DNA of 60,432 bases, filler included. It is 3 parts of 3 records of this genome, joined end to end, with 100 filler letters (N's around TTAATTAATTAA, not from the genome) between each part and the next. Parts side by side here need not be neighbours in the genome. Positions count along the whole stretch, not along the records: positions 21,424 to 38,096 come from DRR723986_31976; positions 38,197 to 60,432 come from DRR723986_31985; 1 more part is not named here. One strand, written 5' to 3'. Positions 30,020 through 40,894 of this stretch are shown here, piece after piece. The notes under the pieces are model-generated. The model did no database searches. It had not been told where the DNA came from and saw only the letters and a program-made list of their open reading frames with translations. Positions within the stretch are counted from its first letter, which is position 1, and each line of letters starts with the position of its first letter. The position numbers and the translations under genes are program-made.

Positions 30020-30883
30020 TTACGGAACTTTATGTCCTTGACTTGCTACTAATATTAAAAACCAATCTTCTAGCTCTAAATCTATTTTTGACGCAGCCAT
30101 GGCCTGAGTTAAACGCTCCTTATTAGTTGTGCCAACCACAGGGTGAATACCAGCAGGATGTTTCATTATCCAGGCTAATAATAGCTGGTCTTCAGTGGCA
30201 TTATACTTATCCATTAATTCACCAAGCTGTTTATGAATACGTCTGGTTTGTTCATTGTCTTCTCTAAAAACAGAACCTAAAGGAGACCATGCCATTGGTT
30301 TTATGCCAGAAGTATTCATGTAATCTAGACAACCATTATGCATCGCTGAATGTTGAGTCAATGAAAATTCAATCTGGTTTACATCAATATCCATTCGTAG
30401 CCCAATCATTTCCATTTGAGAAGGTGTAAAGTTAGAGACTCCGAAATCTCTGATTTTCCCATCTTTTTTCAATAATGTTATAGCTTCAGCTATTTCTTCA
30501 GCAACCATTAAAGGACTTGGACGATGCAGTAGTAATAAATCTAAGTATTCAGTATTCAGGTGTTTCAGTGATTCTTCTACAGACCAAATAATGTATTCTT
30601 TACTATAATTATAATGCTTCACTTTGTTGTCTCTGTTTTCACAGAGATATTGTATACCGCACTTTGAGATAAGTTGAATATCCTCACGCTTAATTCCAGA
30701 TTCTACAAATGCGTTTCCAAAATCAGCTTCCGTAGTGTAAGCACCATAAATATCAGCATGGTCAAAAGTTGTAATGTTATTTGAGACGCAATGGTTCATT
30801 AAAGCGGTCATTTCTTTTTTTGGGAGTTGTTTGCCCCAACTTCCCCAGGTCATGGTGCCTGCAATTAATCGAGAATATGTCAC
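30020..30883 (-). CDS. Aldo/keto reductase (YdhF-like)
   Basis: FDHADIYG, SKCGI, LLLHRP, GVSNF, NQIEFS, WSPLG. Confidence 0.92.
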   Translation of the reverse strand: MTYSRLIAGTMTWGSWGKQLPKKEMTALMNHCVSNNITTFDHADIYGAYTTEADFGNAFVESGIKREDIQLISKCGIQYLCENRDNKVKHYNYSKEYIIWSVEESLKHLNTEYLDLLLLHRPSPLMVAEEIAEAITLLKKDGKIRDFGVSNFTPSQMEMIGLRMDIDVNQIEFSLTQHSAMHNGCLDYMNTSGIKPMAWSPLGSVFREDNEQTRRIHKQLGELMDKYNATEDQLLLAWIMKHPAGIHPVVGTTNKERLTQAMAASKIDLELEDWFLILVASQGHKVP

Positions 30884-30987
30884 TTTTTTTTCAGTTTATA
30901 TGGTTTTTTATGCAATTGGTGTATAAAAATACTTAAAACCTAAGTAATAAAGTATCATTGTTTTGTAATTATTCCATTACTCAAATC

Positions 30988-31551
30988 ATGAAACAATTTC
31001 AACCCTTTAAAGCACTATTTTTATTTTTAATGATTTCACTTTGTATTACATCTTGTTCTAAAGAGGAATTAAACGGTAATAGTGAATTGTCTAGTGTCAC
31101 AGTAAATTTAAAAAGTACAATTGGCGAGCTAAATAATGTTTTTATTGATATAAAGGCTGTGCAACTAAGAGTGAAATTAGAAGATGATACACCAAATGCC
31201 TGGATAAGTTTAGAAACTAGTAATCAAGGAACTCACAATACAAGTGAATTAGAATCTGAATTATTATTAGTTAATGATTTTCAAATGAATTCAACCAACA
31301 TTTATGAAATTAGATTGGTTTTAGGCGAAAATAATTTTATCAACTTAAATAATACATTACATAGTTTAGATATAAGTGATTTGGGAAATTATAGACCGTC
31401 AAATTTGTTGAATACAGAGTTATTAGCAAATCGTTTTTATGCATTTATTATAGACATAGATATAGATAAATCTGTTTATTTTAATGAAGACGAAAACATG
31501 ATGATTTTAGACCCTAAATTGTATACAGAAATAAGACAATACCAGTATTAA
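30988..31551 (+). CDS. DUF4382-like lipoprotein
   Basis: Lipobox ITSC. VFIDIKAVQ, EIRLVLGENN, IDIDIDKSV pattern. Confidence 0.6.
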   Translation: MKQFQPFKALFLFLMISLCITSCSKEELNGNSELSSVTVNLKSTIGELNNVFIDIKAVQLRVKLEDDTPNAWISLETSNQGTHNTSELESELLLVNDFQMNSTNIYEIRLVLGENNFINLNNTLHSLDISDLGNYRPSNLLNTELLANRFYAFIIDIDIDKSVYFNEDENMMILDPKLYTEIRQYQY

Positions 31552-31582
31552 TTATATTAATCCATAATAATTAAGGCAAAAT

Positions 31583-31614
31583 GAGCAATACTTTAGTGTT
31601 GCTCTTCTTTTTTT
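31583..31614 (+). terminator. Intrinsic terminator
   Basis: GAGCAATAC-TTTA-GTGTTGCTC followed by a T tract. Confidence 0.65.
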
Positions 31615-31707
31615 AACCAATTGTTAACAGCAACTAACGAATAATTTTAACACTTTGCATCTTCGAAAAAATCACGAAAAATAGTTGAGCTCTTAAATAG
31701 GATAAAC

Positions 31708-32709
31708 ATGGAAGAAACGAGTACAATTGATATTAAATCAATTAATGAAAAGATTGAAAAAGAAAGTGCATTTGTAGATCTACTAACCTTAGAAATGAAT
31801 AAGGTAATTGTTGGTCAAAAACATATGGTAGAGCGATTATTAATTGGCCTATTAGGTCAAGGACATATTTTATTAGAAGGTGTACCAGGTTTAGCAAAAA
31901 CCTTAGCTATTAATACCTTGTCAAAGGCTATCGATGCCAGTTTTAGTAGAATTCAGTTTACGCCAGATTTATTACCAGCAGATGTTATAGGTACTTTAAT
32001 TTACAACATTAAGGAAAATGATTTCTCTATTAAAAAAGGGCCTATCTTTGCTAATTTTGTTTTAGCAGATGAGATTAACAGAGCGCCAGCAAAGGTACAG
32101 TCTGCCTTATTAGAGGCTATGCAAGAAAAGCAGGTAACTATTGGTGATGAAACTTTTATATTAGACAGGCCATTTCTGGTAATGGCAACTCAAAACCCTG
32201 TTGAGCAAGAAGGAACTTATCCATTGCCTGAAGCTCAAGTAGACCGTTTTATGCTAAAAACGGTTATTGACTACCCTAAATTAGACGAAGAGCAGCTTAT
32301 TGTAAGAGCAAACCTTAGAGGAACATATGATAAAGTGAATCCTGTAGTATCTACAGCTCAGATACTAAGTGCTCAAGAAGCTGTAAGGCAAGTTTATATG
32401 GATGAGAAAATTGAGAAGTACATACTAGATATCATATTCGCTACACGTTACCCTGAAAAATACAAGCTAGCTGATTTAAAACCATTAATTTCTTTTGGTG
32501 CATCACCACGTGGTAGTATTAATTTAGCCACTGCAGCAAAATGCTATGCATTTATTAAGCGAAGAGGTTATGTGATTCCAGAAGATGTTAGAGCTGTTGT
32601 ACATGATGTATTACGTCATAGAATTGGTATTACTTACGAAGCGGAAGCAGAAAATGTAACTTCAGAAGACATCATTAATAAAATTGTAAACGAAATCGAA
32701 GTACCATAG
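31708..32709 (+). CDS. moxR: MoxR-family AAA+ ATPase
   Basis: LEGVPGLAKT, RIQFTPDLLPAD, DEINRAPAKVQSALLEAMQE, ATQNPVEQEGTYPLPEAQVDRF. Confidence 0.95.
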   Translation: MEETSTIDIKSINEKIEKESAFVDLLTLEMNKVIVGQKHMVERLLIGLLGQGHILLEGVPGLAKTLAINTLSKAIDASFSRIQFTPDLLPADVIGTLIYNIKENDFSIKKGPIFANFVLADEINRAPAKVQSALLEAMQEKQVTIGDETFILDRPFLVMATQNPVEQEGTYPLPEAQVDRFMLKTVIDYPKLDEEQLIVRANLRGTYDKVNPVVSTAQILSAQEAVRQVYMDEKIEKYILDIIFATRYPEKYKLADLKPLISFGASPRGSINLATAAKCYAFIKRRGYVIPEDVRAVVHDVLRHRIGITYEAEAENVTSEDIINKIVNEIEVP

Positions 32710-32776
32710 GATTTTAGATTTTAGAATACGAACTACGATTTACTGAATCGTCAATCAACAATCTTCAATCGAAAAT
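32710..32776. repeat. Two opposed arrays of degenerate heptamer repeats
   Basis: GATTTTA GATTTTA GAATAC GAACTAC GATTT, then AATCGTC AATCAAC AATCTTC AATCGAA AAT. Confidence 0.65.
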
Positions 32777-32782
32777 TAAAAC

Positions 32783-33649
32783 ATGGACACTAAAGAACTT
32801 CTAAAAAAAGTACGAAAAATAGAGATTAAGACACGTCGTTTGTCTGATCATATTTTTGGTGGAGAATACCATTCTACATTCAAAGGACGTGGTATGACTT
32901 TTTCTGAAGTGCGTCAGTATCAATATGGAGATGACGTGAGAAATATTGATTGGAATGTGACCGCACGTTATAACGAGCCGTACATAAAAGTCTTTGAAGA
33001 GGAACGGGAATTAACAATGATGTTAATGGCAGATGTATCTGGTAGTAAGTTTTTCGGAACTACAAATCAATTCAAAGACCAGATTGTCACTGAAATTGCT
33101 GCAACATTGGCCTTTTCTGCCACACAGAACAATGATAAGATTGGCTTAATTTTATTTTCTGATGAAATAGAACTTTATATTCCGCCAAAAAAAGGACGTT
33201 CCCATGTATTAAGAATTATTAGAGAACTTCTTGAGTTTCAACCAAAAAGTAAGAATACAGATATTGCTCAGGCATTTAAATTTTTGTCTAACGTAATGAA
33301 GAAGAAAGCAATTGTTTTTGTGCTTTCAGATTTTATTGCTGATGACTACAAGCAAAATTTAAAAATTGCCGCAGGAAGGCATGATATTACAGGCATTAGA
33401 ATTTATGATAAGCACGAAGAAACGATTCCAAACATTGGAATGGTGCAAATGGAAGATGAAGAAACAGGTGAGTTATTGCTTGTAAATACGGCCTCAAAAA
33501 AAGTTAGATTGAAATACGGGAAGTTTTATACTGATAAAGTAAATTACTTTAAAGATAGTTTTACAAAATCTGGCGCAGGTACTATTAGCTGTAGGGTAGA
33601 TGAGAGTTATGTAAAGAAATTATTAGGCTATTTTAAGCGAAGAGGATAG
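32783..33649 (+). CDS. DUF58 (vWA-like) protein of the bat operon
   Basis: FKGRGMTFSEVRQYQYGDDVRNIDWNVTAR, EEEREL, DVSGS, LSDF. Confidence 0.92.
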   Translation: MDTKELLKKVRKIEIKTRRLSDHIFGGEYHSTFKGRGMTFSEVRQYQYGDDVRNIDWNVTARYNEPYIKVFEEERELTMMLMADVSGSKFFGTTNQFKDQIVTEIAATLAFSATQNNDKIGLILFSDEIELYIPPKKGRSHVLRIIRELLEFQPKSKNTDIAQAFKFLSNVMKKKAIVFVLSDFIADDYKQNLKIAAGRHDITGIRIYDKHEETIPNIGMVQMEDEETGELLLVNTASKKVRLKYGKFYTDKVNYFKDSFTKSGAGTISCRVDESYVKKLLGYFKRRG

Positions 33650-33664
33650 TTATATTTTATAGTT

Positions 33665-35365
33665 ATGCACAACGAGAAAGGAAATATAAAAAACAAAGCA
33701 AACCAACTCAGAGGAGTACTTCTGATGTTGTGTTTTGTCATGTCGCTTTCGTTTTCTTTTGCACAGGTTACATCTCAAGTAGATACCACTAAAATTAAGA
33801 TTGGTGAACAAATAAGTTATAAAATAAATGTAGAAGCAGATTCAACCGCATTGGTTGTGTTTCCAGAAGGCCAAACCTTTTTGCCTTTAGAGGCTGTCGA
33901 GGCATTAGATATTGATACAACAAAAAATAAAACTAAGTTTTTATTATCAAGAATCTACAAATTAACACAGTTCGATTCTGGTGCCTATACCATTCCTAGA
34001 CAAAAGATTCTTATAAATGAAAATCCATCTTTTACGGATTCATTAAGGGTTGATGTAAATACAGTTGAGGTAGATACAACAAAGCAGAAACTTTATGATA
34101 TTAAACCTATTATAGAAGTTGAGAAAAGTGGCAGTAATTGGTGGAAATGGCTGTTAGGAATCCTTGCTGCTATTGCGCTGGTAGCATTTCTTTTGTATTG
34201 GTTTATTTGGAGGCAAAAACCTCTAACAGAAGAAGAAGAGATTGCTTTATTACCGCCATACGATCGTGCAAAGCTGGCGATGCAAAAACTAGATGAAAGT
34301 CAATATTTAATACGATCGCAAGTAAAAGAATACTATTCAGATTTAACCTTTATCATTAGAAAATATTTAGATGAGAAGGTTTATGATAGGGCTTTAGAGA
34401 GCACAACAGATCAGCTTATTGACAGGCTACAATTACTTAAAGAAGGAAATCAAATACCTCTTACAAAAGATACCATTAAAAATCTTGAATCGATATTAAA
34501 GCGTGCCGATTTAGTGAAGTTTGCAAAGGCTGCACCAGATACGGCACTTGCAGAAATGGATAAGGCAACAATAGACAAAGAAATTGATGCCGTTAAGGCG
34601 AGTTTACCAGAGCCAACAGAAGAAGAAAAGCTGCTAAATCAACAATACAAAGAGGACCAAGAGCGTAAGAAGAAACGAAGAAAAATAATTCTAACGGTTG
34701 CAATTTCTTTTTTTCTAATTATTGCAACATTTGTTGGATTCGGAATAAAATATGGTTTTGGTTATGTAAAGGATACGATTATAGGTCATGAGAGTAAAGA
34801 ATTACTTGAAGGAGACTGGGTTAAAAGTGCCTATGGATTTCCTCCAATTTATATTGAAACACCTAAAGTATTAAAACGAACAGAAGTAGAAATACCAGAA
34901 GAATTTAAGGGTAAGATTGAAACATCAGCCTTTAGATATTTAGAAGAAGCATCAGGTCTTTACATAGATTTAAGTACTACCGCCTTTAATAATGCGCCTG
35001 CGCCAGGAGAACAACCTAAGCAGATGACCGATGATGAGAAAGCACAAGATCTATTAAAAGCTTCAGAGAATTATTTGAAACAGTTAGAGTCTCAAGGAGC
35101 TCAAAATATCACAGTAAAAAGAGAGCAGTTTATTACACCAAATGCAGCTGCAGGATTAAAGACTTTTGGAGGTATGAATATTGCTTTAGAAAACGGTAAA
35201 TCAGAACCGGCCAATTATATCATATTACATTTTAGATCGGAAAATGTTAGGCAACAAATAGTTTTATATTGGAGAGGTGATGATTCTTATGCTGATGACA
35301 TTATAGATAGAATATTAGATTCAATAGAATTAATACCAGATGAACTGGCAGAAGACAAAGAATGA
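33665..35365 (+). CDS. Membrane protein of the bat operon (BatD-like N-terminus)
   Basis: Signal peptide, VDTTKIKIGEQ, LTQFDSGAYTIP, TM helix, ALESTT, ADLVKFAK. Position between DUF58 and batA. Confidence 0.75.
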   Translation: MHNEKGNIKNKANQLRGVLLMLCFVMSLSFSFAQVTSQVDTTKIKIGEQISYKINVEADSTALVVFPEGQTFLPLEAVEALDIDTTKNKTKFLLSRIYKLTQFDSGAYTIPRQKILINENPSFTDSLRVDVNTVEVDTTKQKLYDIKPIIEVEKSGSNWWKWLLGILAAIALVAFLLYWFIWRQKPLTEEEEIALLPPYDRAKLAMQKLDESQYLIRSQVKEYYSDLTFIIRKYLDEKVYDRALESTTDQLIDRLQLLKEGNQIPLTKDTIKNLESILKRADLVKFAKAAPDTALAEMDKATIDKEIDAVKASLPEPTEEEKLLNQQYKEDQERKKKRRKIILTVAISFFLIIATFVGFGIKYGFGYVKDTIIGHESKELLEGDWVKSAYGFPPIYIETPKVLKRTEVEIPEEFKGKIETSAFRYLEEASGLYIDLSTTAFNNAPAPGEQPKQMTDDEKAQDLLKASENYLKQLESQGAQNITVKREQFITPNAAAGLKTFGGMNIALENGKSEPANYIILHFRSENVRQQIVLYWRGDDSYADDIIDRILDSIELIPDELAEDKE

Positions 35366-36369
35366 TGTTTGAGAATATTGAATTTTTAAATAAAGAATTA
35401 TTCTGGCTGTTATTGCTTTTACCAATAGCATTAGCGTGGTATACACTAAAACACAAAAGGCAAACTGCAGAATTAAAGATTTCTAGTTTAGAAGGGTTTG
35501 GGCCTACATCTTCGATTTGGTCTAAACTCAGACATGTATTGTTTGCACTGCGATTAATTGCATTGGGATTATTAATTACAGCGTTAGCAAGACCAAGAAC
35601 CGTAGATGTATCTACAAAAACAAAAACCACTAGAGGGATTGATATTGTAATGTCTATTGACGTCTCAGCAAGTATGTTAGCCAAGGATCTTAAACCAAAC
35701 AGGTTAGAAGCTTTAAAAAAAGTTGCAGCAGATTTTATTAACGGTCGACCTAATGATAGAATTGGACTTGTAGAATATGCAGGTGAAGCCTATACTAAAA
35801 CACCAATAACTACAGATAAGTCCATTATCCTAAGATCTCTTAGAGATATAAAGTATAATACCATCATTGAAGGTGGTACGGCAATCGGGATGGGTTTAGG
35901 AACAGCTGTAAATAGATTAAAAGATAGCAGAGCAAAAAGTAAAGTAATTATTCTTCTAACAGATGGAGTCAATAATTCTGGTGCTGTAGACCCTAAAACG
36001 GCAAGTGTGTTAGCAGTGGATAGTGGTATAAAAGTATATACAATCGGATTAGGTACTAATGGTATGGCTTTGTCACCTATTTCAATGAATAGAAATGGCA
36101 CGTTTAGATACGGCCGTCAGCAAGTAGAAATAGATGAAGATTTGTTGAAAGAAATTGCTGAGGTTACAGGTGGCAAATATTTTAGAGCTACAAATAATAA
36201 AAAGCTAGTAGAAATTTACAACGAGATAAATAAACTCGAAAAAACTGAAGTAGAGGAAAAGAAATATTACAACTACGAAGAAAAGTATAGGCCATTGGTA
36301 ATATTGGCAGGTTTACTACTGCTATTAGAATTAGTATTAAGAAATACAATATTTAGAAGCTTTGTTTAG
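35362..36369 (+). CDS. batA: vWA domain protein BatA
   Basis: ALARP, MIDAS DVSASM, PNRLEA, GTAIGMGL, LLTDG, TGGKYFRA. Confidence 0.9.
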   Translation: MMFENIEFLNKELFWLLLLLPIALAWYTLKHKRQTAELKISSLEGFGPTSSIWSKLRHVLFALRLIALGLLITALARPRTVDVSTKTKTTRGIDIVMSIDVSASMLAKDLKPNRLEALKKVAADFINGRPNDRIGLVEYAGEAYTKTPITTDKSIILRSLRDIKYNTIIEGGTAIGMGLGTAVNRLKDSRAKSKVIILLTDGVNNSGAVDPKTASVLAVDSGIKVYTIGLGTNGMALSPISMNRNGTFRYGRQQVEIDEDLLKEIAEVTGGKYFRATNNKKLVEIYNEINKLEKTEVEEKKYYNYEEKYRPLVILAGLLLLLELVLRNTIFRSFV

Positions 36370-37399
36370 ACTCGATGAAAAAATATGGTTTTGGACGTTA
36401 CTGGTAATCCCAGTAATAATCTTGCTATTTATCTGGCTACAAATCTGGCGTCGTTCTGCTCAAAGAAAATTTGCAGATAGTCATTTGTTGCAACGTCTTA
36501 GTCCTAATCAATCATTATTTAAATCTATATTTAAAGTCCTGGTACTATGTGGTGCATTTTTATGTTTGTCTCTGGCTTTGGTAAATCCAAAAATTGGGAC
36601 TAAACTAGAGACAGTTCGCAGCCAGGGAGTTGATATTGTATTTGCAGTAGATGTTTCAAAAAGTATGCTTGCAGAAGATATTGCACCTAACCGGTTAGAT
36701 AAATCCAAGCAATTGGTTACTCAAATAATTAACAATTTGGCTAGTGATAGAGTTGGAATAATAGCCTATGCAGGTAAAGCGTTTCCTCAATTACCCATTA
36801 CTACAGATTATGCGTCGGCTAAAATGTTTTTACAAAACATGAATACAGACATGTTGTCCTCACAAGGGACAGCAATTCATGAAGCAATTCAACTTGCTAA
36901 AACGTATTACGATGACGAAGAGCAGACCAATAGAATCTTAATTATTATTTCAGACGGTGAAGACCATGGTGGCGAAGCTGTTGATTTAGCTGAAGAAGCA
37001 AATGAAGAAGGTATTAGGATTTTTACGATTGGAGTTGGTGATGCTAAAGGTGGACCAATTCCCATCAAACGAAATGGTGTAGTTCTAAATTACAAGAAAG
37101 ACAGAAACGGAGAAACTGTAATTACACGATTAGATGAAACAACCTTAAGAGAAATAGCTGAAGAAACCGATGGAGTATATATAGATGGAAATAATACAAC
37201 GGAAGTTGTAGAAACTATAAAAGATATACTAAATAAAATGGACAAGAAGGAATTTGAGTCTAAACAAATAGCAGATTTTAAGGACCAATTTCAATGGTTT
37301 TTGGCATTAGGAATTGTTTTACTGTTTATAGATATTTTGTTTTTAGAACGTAAAACAGGTTGGCTGAAGAAACTAAATTTATTTAATGAGAATTTTTAA
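36362..37399 (+). CDS. batB: vWA domain protein BatB (TTG start overlapping the batA stop)
   Basis: DVSKSMLAEDIAPNRL, LPITTDY, ISDGEDH, FQWFL. Confidence 0.88.
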   Translation: MFRLDEKIWFWTLLVIPVIILLFIWLQIWRRSAQRKFADSHLLQRLSPNQSLFKSIFKVLVLCGAFLCLSLALVNPKIGTKLETVRSQGVDIVFAVDVSKSMLAEDIAPNRLDKSKQLVTQIINNLASDRVGIIAYAGKAFPQLPITTDYASAKMFLQNMNTDMLSSQGTAIHEAIQLAKTYYDDEEQTNRILIIISDGEDHGGEAVDLAEEANEEGIRIFTIGVGDAKGGPIPIKRNGVVLNYKKDRNGETVITRLDETTLREIAEETDGVYIDGNNTTEVVETIKDILNKMDKKEFESKQIADFKDQFQWFLALGIVLLFIDILFLERKTGWLKKLNLFNENF

Positions 37400-37446
37400 A
37401 TTTTCTTTAACGGTAGCTATCGTTAAGCTTTACTAATTTAGAGAAT

Positions 37447-38096
37447 ATGATGAAAATGCATAAAAATATTAGAATTTATATAACGCTTTTAGTAACACTT
37501 TTGGTTTGCACAGTGCATTCTCAAGATTTAGATAAGGAACAACTCAAAGCAGAAAAGAAAGCAACTAACTATGTGTATAAAGCAAATGAGTTGTTAGAAG
37601 GTGATAATTTTGTTGAGGCTGAAATGGAGTATAGAAAAGCAATATCTAAAGCACCAAATAAGGCTGTTGGAGCGTACAATTTAGCACATACGTATTATAA
37701 AAAAGGCAGTCTTGATGAAGCCTTATTTAGAAGCCAAGAAGCAGCCAAAAACGCCAAAACAAAAGGTGAAAAGCATAGAGCCTTTCATAATATTGGTAAT
37801 ATCCTTATGAAGAATGAGCTCTGTAAAGAAGCTGTTGAAGCATTTAAAGATGCCTTAAGAAATAACCCTACTGATGATGAAACACGCTATAATTTAGCCT
37901 TGGCTAAAGACTGTGCTAAGCACCAAGAGCAAGATGGTGATGGTGAAGATGATAAGGAAGATAAGGACAAAGAAGAGGAAAAAGATAAAGAAGAGGAGCA
38001 AAAAAAGGAAGACGAAAATAAAGATAATAAGGATAAAGAAGACGAGGGAGAACAAGATAAAAAAGAAGGAGACAAAGAAGAAGACGATAAGGGTAA
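37447..38096 (+). CDS. batC: TPR protein BatC, truncated at the contig end in its acidic low-complexity linker
   Basis: AEMEYRKA, HNIGN, ALRNNPTDDETRYNLA, then a D/E/K-rich tract running into the Ns. Confidence 0.85.
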
Positions 38097-38196
38097 NNNN
38101 NNNNNNNNNNNNNNNNNNNNNNNNNNNNNNNNNNNNNNNNTTAATTAATTAANNNNNNNNNNNNNNNNNNNNNNNNNNNNNNNNNNNNNNNNNNNN
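38097..38196. other. Artificial contig spacer
   Basis: 44 N + TTAATTAATTAA + 44 N. Confidence 0.98.
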
Positions 38197-38226
38197 TCCG
38201 ACATCCGACATCCGACATCCGACATC
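38197..38226. repeat. Heptamer tandem repeat (TCCGACA) x4+, truncated by the contig edge
   Basis: TCCGACA TCCGACA TCCGACA TCCGACA TC immediately after the purB stop. Confidence 0.9.
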
Positions 38227-38228
38227 AA

Positions 38229-39572
38229 TTAAATTCCAGTATAGTTAAATGGTGAAATCACACTTAGCTCAGCCTTCAATTCATCTGAGATCGGTAGGTT
38301 GGCGATGAACTCAGCAATAGATTTTTCGGTGATTTTTGTATTCGTTCTGGTAAGGTCTTTTAGCGCTTCATAAGGTTTTGGGAAGCCTTCTCTTCTCAAT
38401 ACCGTTTGAATTGCTTCCGCTACCACCGCCCAGTTTTCCTCCAAATCGGATTGTATAGCTGCTTCATTCAATTCTAATTTACCAAGTCCTTTCAGCAAAG
38501 ACTCAAAAGAAATCAGCATATGACCAAGTGGCACACCGATGATTCTTAAAACTGTGCTGTCTGTCAAATCCCGCTGCAATCTCGAAACAGGAAGTTTTGC
38601 AGCCAAGTGCTCCAAAAGGGCATTGGCAATACCTAAATTCCCCTCCGCATTCTCGAAGTCAATCGGGTTTACCTTGTGTGGCATCGCAGATGATCCGATT
38701 TCCCCAGCTTTGATCTTTTGCTTGAAGTAATTCATAGCCACATACTGCCACACGTCCTTAGACAAGTCCAAAAGAATGGTATTGATTCTTTTCAATCCAT
38801 CAAAAACAGCTGCCAGATTATCATAATGCTCAATCTGCGTAGTTGGGTAGCTTCTTTCCAAGCCTAAATATTCACCCACAAACTGAAACGCAAACTCATT
38901 CCACTTAAATTCTGGATAAGCAACATGGTGCGCATTCATATTGCCTGTTGCTCCACCAAATTTTGCTGAGTAAGGGATGTGGTGAAGCAGTTCAAGCTGC
39001 TTTTTTAATCTCACTACAAACACCTCGATTTCCTTGCCCAGCCGGGTAGGGGAGGCAGGTTGACCATGCGTTTTTGCTAGCATTGGAATATCCTTCCAAT
39101 CTTTGGCCAATACATGAAGTCTATCGATTACAGCATTAAGCTGAGGTAAAATCACTTCATTCAAACCTTCCTTTAACATCAGTGGCGTAGCCGTGTTATT
39201 GATGTCCTGGGAAGTCAGTCCAAAGTGAATAAATTCTTTGTGTGCTTCTAAACCTAGCGCATCGAATTTTTCCTTCAGGAAATATTCCACAGCCTTCACA
39301 TCATGGTTTGTGATCTTTTCGGTGGCTTTGATGGTAGCTGCATCATCCATAGAAAAGTCAGAAACGATAGATCTTAGGTTTGCAAATAAGCCTTTATCAA
39401 AATCCTTAAGTTGAGGCAATGGAAGTTCGCAAAGTGCTATGAAATATTCCACTTCTACGTGCACTCTGTATTTGATCAGGGCAAATTCAGAAAAATATGC
39501 TCTCAGCGGAGCAGTTTTGCCAGCATAGCGTCCATCTACTGAAGTCACCGCGGTCAATGCATTTAATTCCAT
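38229..39572 (-). CDS. purB: Adenylosuccinate lyase
   Basis: DGRY, TNHDVKAVEY, HFGLTSQDIN, THGQPASPT, GSSAMPHKVNPIDFENAEGN, SRLQRDLTDS. Confidence 0.97.
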   Translation of the reverse strand: MELNALTAVTSVDGRYAGKTAPLRAYFSEFALIKYRVHVEVEYFIALCELPLPQLKDFDKGLFANLRSIVSDFSMDDAATIKATEKITNHDVKAVEYFLKEKFDALGLEAHKEFIHFGLTSQDINNTATPLMLKEGLNEVILPQLNAVIDRLHVLAKDWKDIPMLAKTHGQPASPTRLGKEIEVFVVRLKKQLELLHHIPYSAKFGGATGNMNAHHVAYPEFKWNEFAFQFVGEYLGLERSYPTTQIEHYDNLAAVFDGLKRINTILLDLSKDVWQYVAMNYFKQKIKAGEIGSSAMPHKVNPIDFENAEGNLGIANALLEHLAAKLPVSRLQRDLTDSTVLRIIGVPLGHMLISFESLLKGLGKLELNEAAIQSDLEENWAVVAEAIQTVLRREGFPKPYEALKDLTRTNTKITEKSIAEFIANLPISDELKAELSVISPFNYTGI

Positions 39573-39790
39573 CTCTTTAAATCAATTTGGTTTTAGGAAG
39601 CTGTAAAGTTAATTTTTTGAAGCCAAAAGTTCGGTTTTGAGTAGGCTAATTCGGGAAATATCCTTCAATTAATTCGAACCACTAAAGCATAATCTGAGTT
39701 ATCATGAGCAAATAATCAGTGACAAGCCAGAATATTTGGCTTTCAGCGTTAATTTTGCAACCGTTTAACAGATAAAAGCTCAGATCAGGA

Positions 39791-40894
39791 ATGTTCAATT
39801 TATTTAAGAAAAAGAAGGAAGAGGTAAAGGCTCCACAGTTTTTGCCACTAAAAGTGAGAGAGGTAGTAAGAGAGACAGAGGATACAGTAACCTTGTATTT
39901 TGAGCAACCAGAACCGTTTTTGGACTATAAGCCAGGTCAGTTTTTGACATTGGTGATGGAGTTTGAAGGAAAAGAGCAGCGAAGATCTTACAGTTTGTGT
40001 ACTTCGCCTTATGTGGATCCATTTCCCGGGATTTCTGTCAAGCGAGTGCCAAAAGGCAAATTCTCTAATTTTTTAAATGAACGAGTTTTTCCTGGAAAAA
40101 CTATCAATGTGTTGAAGCCTTTGGGGAATTTCACCACTGATTTTCACTCCAAGAACAAGAAGCATTTCTTTTTAGTAGCCGCCGGAAGTGGTATCACGCC
40201 TATCATGGGTATTCTTAAATCTGTGCTGGTAAATGAGCCAAATTCCAAGGTTTCCTTGCTTTACTGCAGTAGAAATGAAGAGCAGATTATCTTCAAGAAG
40301 GAGTTAGCAGCATTGGCTGAGAAAAACCCTGATCGACTGGAAGTAATTCACAATCTAAGTCAGCCTTCGGAAGCTTGGACAGGGATGAAGGGTAGATTGA
40401 CAAAGGAAAGTATTGCTGACTTTGCTAAGAAAGCTGAGTTGGATCCGGAATTTGAAAAAGAATATTTTGCCTGTGGTCCGGAAGGAATCATGGATAATGT
40501 GGTTGCTGTCTTGGAGGAGCTAGGTGTACCAAGTGAAAAAGTGCATCGAGAGAGCTTTTACTCTTCAGCTGCGGATAAAGCACATGAGGATGCTGCGCAT
40601 GGGATTACAGGTGGTTTGTTGACAAGAGATATCACTGTGATTTTGGAAGGTGAGGAAAGTATTGTCACAGTTTCACCTGACAAAACCATACTAGAAGCTG
40701 GCCTTTCTCAGGATCTGAATATGCCATATAGCTGCCAAAGTGGATTATGTACGGCTTGCAGAGGTAGATTACTGAGTGGAAAAGTGAAAATGGATGAGGA
40801 TGCTGGTCTTAGTCCAAATGAAATCGAAGCAGGTTATGTGCTTTGCTGTGTAGGGCACCCACTAACAGATGATGTCAAAATCACCATTGAGTAA
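39791..40894 (+). CDS. FAD/NAD(P)-binding oxidoreductase with C-terminal 2Fe-2S ferredoxin (PaaE/KshB-like)
   Basis: KPGQF, RSYSL, AAGSGITP, CGPEG, PYSCQSGLCTAC...LCC. Confidence 0.9.
   Translation: MFNLFKKKKEEVKAPQFLPLKVREVVRETEDTVTLYFEQPEPFLDYKPGQFLTLVMEFEGKEQRRSYSLCTSPYVDPFPGISVKRVPKGKFSNFLNERVFPGKTINVLKPLGNFTTDFHSKNKKHFFLVAAGSGITPIMGILKSVLVNEPNSKVSLLYCSRNEEQIIFKKELAALAEKNPDRLEVIHNLSQPSEAWTGMKGRLTKESIADFAKKAELDPEFEKEYFACGPEGIMDNVVAVLEELGVPSEKVHRESFYSSAADKAHEDAAHGITGGLLTRDITVILEGEESIVTVSPDKTILEAGLSQDLNMPYSCQSGLCTACRGRLLSGKVKMDEDAGLSPNEIEAGYVLCCVGHPLTDDVKITIE

Noticed and set aside
37930-38096. Purine-rich repetitive tract as a DNA repeat element
   Set aside because: It is the coding D/E/K-rich linker of BatC.
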